64,000 nt of DNA, from positions 322,958,001 through 323,022,000 of the forward strand of contig OZ024740.1 of NCBI GenBank assembly GCA_964016885.1, written 5' to 3'. Origin of the DNA: Eledone cirrhosa (taxonomy: Eukaryota). Below, piece by piece: positions 61,103 through 64,000 of this stretch. Each line of letters begins with the position of its first letter. The first letter of the stretch is position 1. The notes beneath the pieces were generated by a model. The model saw only the letters and a program-made list of their open reading frames with translations. It ran no database searches and was not told where the DNA came from. Position numbers and translations under genes: made by a program.

Positions 61103-61290
61103 ATTGTTTCTACATTTGGCACAAGGCCAGCAATTACCCAGTACATTACTGGTACTATATTTTATCGACCCCGTAAGGATGAAAGGCAAAGTGAACCTCG
61201 GCGGGATTTCAACTCAGACCGTAAAGGGACGTAACTATGCTGGAAAGCATGGCGTCCGACTCTCTACCGATACTGCCAATCCACCGCCCT
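61103..61290 (-). mobile_element. Family A SINE
   Basis: Matches the family consensus. Confidence 0.85.
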
Positions 61291-61596
61291 TTTATTTTAT
61301 TAAATCTCAGTGTCTTTCATTAGAAACAAGGGAAGAAAACATAATCCATTTAACTTTCCTCATAAAGGATTCCGAACTCAGGAATCAATCTCAGGATTTT
61401 AGAAGCTGGAACTCAACAGGAATAGCATGAGGATCTCCAGACAAAGGTCCAGATAAAGAGAGAAATGGAAAGTTATACAAAGAAAAGGATAGAGAATGAC
61501 AGAGGGGAAAGAGAGAGACAGAAACATAGAGAGATAGATGTTTATGCCAGCTACTATTTATACTTTATCTAATTTTTATAAAAAATAAAATCACAA

Positions 61597-61627
<31 letters not shown>

Positions 61628-61646
61628 AATATATATATACATACAT

Positions 61647-61713
<67 letters not shown>

Positions 61714-61874
61714 GTGTGTGAGTGTGTGTGTGTGTATGTGTATATGTGTGTGTGTGTTGCTGGCTAATCAGTCATTTAGCAGGCGTACAGTGCTAGAGTA
61801 AAGGTTACTTCTTGTTTTTAATAAAAAATATATTTCATACGTTCACACACACACACACATATATATATATACAT

Positions 61875-62074
<200 letters not shown>

Positions 62075-62079
62075 ATATA

Positions 62080-62232
<153 letters not shown>

Positions 62233-62237
62233 ATATA

Positions 62238-62345
<108 letters not shown>

Positions 62346-63737
62346 CACACACACATATATGTGCGTATTTGAGTGTACGTGTCTGTATGTGTGTTCCCTC
62401 CAATTTATCAATGATTGAAAAAGTTACAAGAAATTGTGTATTGAAAATAATATCGATTTGTTGTATGATTGAGGAAAAAAGTATTAAAATTAGAAATGAT
62501 TGATTAGGATAGATTGATATTTTGTTGGGAACAGAAAAGACCTATTGTGTGGAATAAACATCATGGAAATAGGGGTTGATATTGAGGTGGAAATTCGCAT
62601 ACAATAGAGGATGATTGGATTGTAATTGTGAGCCGTGGTGAAGCAACAATATTAGTACTTTAAAGAACAACTGAAATCATCTGATATTGTTGTCTAATAT
62701 GATGGTATTTCAATGATAAGGTATTAAGATAGATATCTTCTGTAATGGCGACAATGTAGTCATGTCTCTGATTGATATATTTTCAGATATTTGTAGATAA
62801 CAATAGCAACAGGATATACTATTTTGTTAATTGTATTAACTTATATATTTATCTACGTCGGATAGAATGCTTTGAAGTATTTGTTCGGCTTTCTGGGTTC
62901 AAAACTAACCGAGGTTAACTCTGCTGTTCATCCTTTCAAGGTCGAATAAATAAAGTACCAGGCAGATACTTGAGCGTCGATTCTTCTCCTCTCCTTCCTT
63001 CTTTCTTAATTTCTTTCTTTCGGTCATTCTTTCTTTCTTTCTTCCTTTCTTTCTTTCTTTCTATCTTTCTTTCTTAATTTCTTTCGTTCGTTCGTTCGTT
63101 CGTCCTTTCTTTCTTTCACTCTCAATAACACGCCTCTTTCTCCTTCTCTAGAAGAAGCCGGTTGTGTTCGGACACGGAAAAGGGGTGGCCTCCTCGAGGT
63201 TTTGAAAAAATTCCGAAGACACGCCATATATATATTCCTACAGCACATTTACGACTCCCTCAGGAGTTACGGGTCCTTACACACATATATTTCTCTAGCG
63301 GACACTGTAGTCTCTACGTGATCACAGGACTTGGTAGAACCAAATATCCTTTAAATAATATATTACCATCTCTGAAAGCAGGACACATTGAATAATATAG
63401 TCATAGGTATTTTACATTTGAAAAAAAGGAGACAAGATATTCATGACTAGAATGATATTGACCAAAGGCTCCCTCGTCGATAGCTTATGAGATTAAATAG
63501 CAGTTATTCTATATTTAGTACGCCAAGGTAAAGGGAAATTATCCAAAATGTTGAGAGGATTGCTCTAACTTGACAAGTAAAGAACTACATAGCGAGTAAA
63601 TTTGTGACAGTACACTGGATCTTAATCAGACGAGTGTTTCAGTAGATTCGATCAACGGTAGAGCTTAACAGTGAAATTACCGTGTAAGTGACTGAGCACT
63701 CCACAGACACATCTAATCTTAATGTAATTCTCAGCTA

Positions 63738-63846
<109 letters not shown>

Positions 63847-64000
63847 CTCTGTTATGGACAGAAACACACATACACAATACACCTCTACATTTACCTTCAC
63901 AGCTCTGTACGGACCAACATTTAACACGCTCGCACACACATATATACGTGCGCGCACACGTACAGCTCGATATACACACCCTTCGTTTTCTTTTCAAATA

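Overview
AT-rich, microsatellite-saturated animal genomic DNA with no recognisable host gene. The SINE families and repeat landscape suggest an octopus or other cephalopod (inference). Identifiable content is mobile DNA: two decayed Penelope-like element (PLE) RT/GIY-YIG fragments, a full-length but dead IR/DR-type Tc1 transposon (19904-21496), a near-intact Ty3/Gypsy Mag-like LTR element (23002-27924), a Chapaev3-type transposon (47285-49462), two MITEs, RTE and R4/Dong-type LINE fragments, many tRNA-derived SINEs, and a 4-kb 66/69-bp satellite. The most striking hidden signal is a recurring non-coding architecture. At least seven unrelated short sequences occur as fold-back inverted repeats next to (TA)n microsatellites, and several carry intact or decayed type I hammerhead ribozymes (CTGANGA...GAAA...UA), in one case nested into a ~900-bp palindrome of palindromes. 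All structures were read by eye and none was computed.
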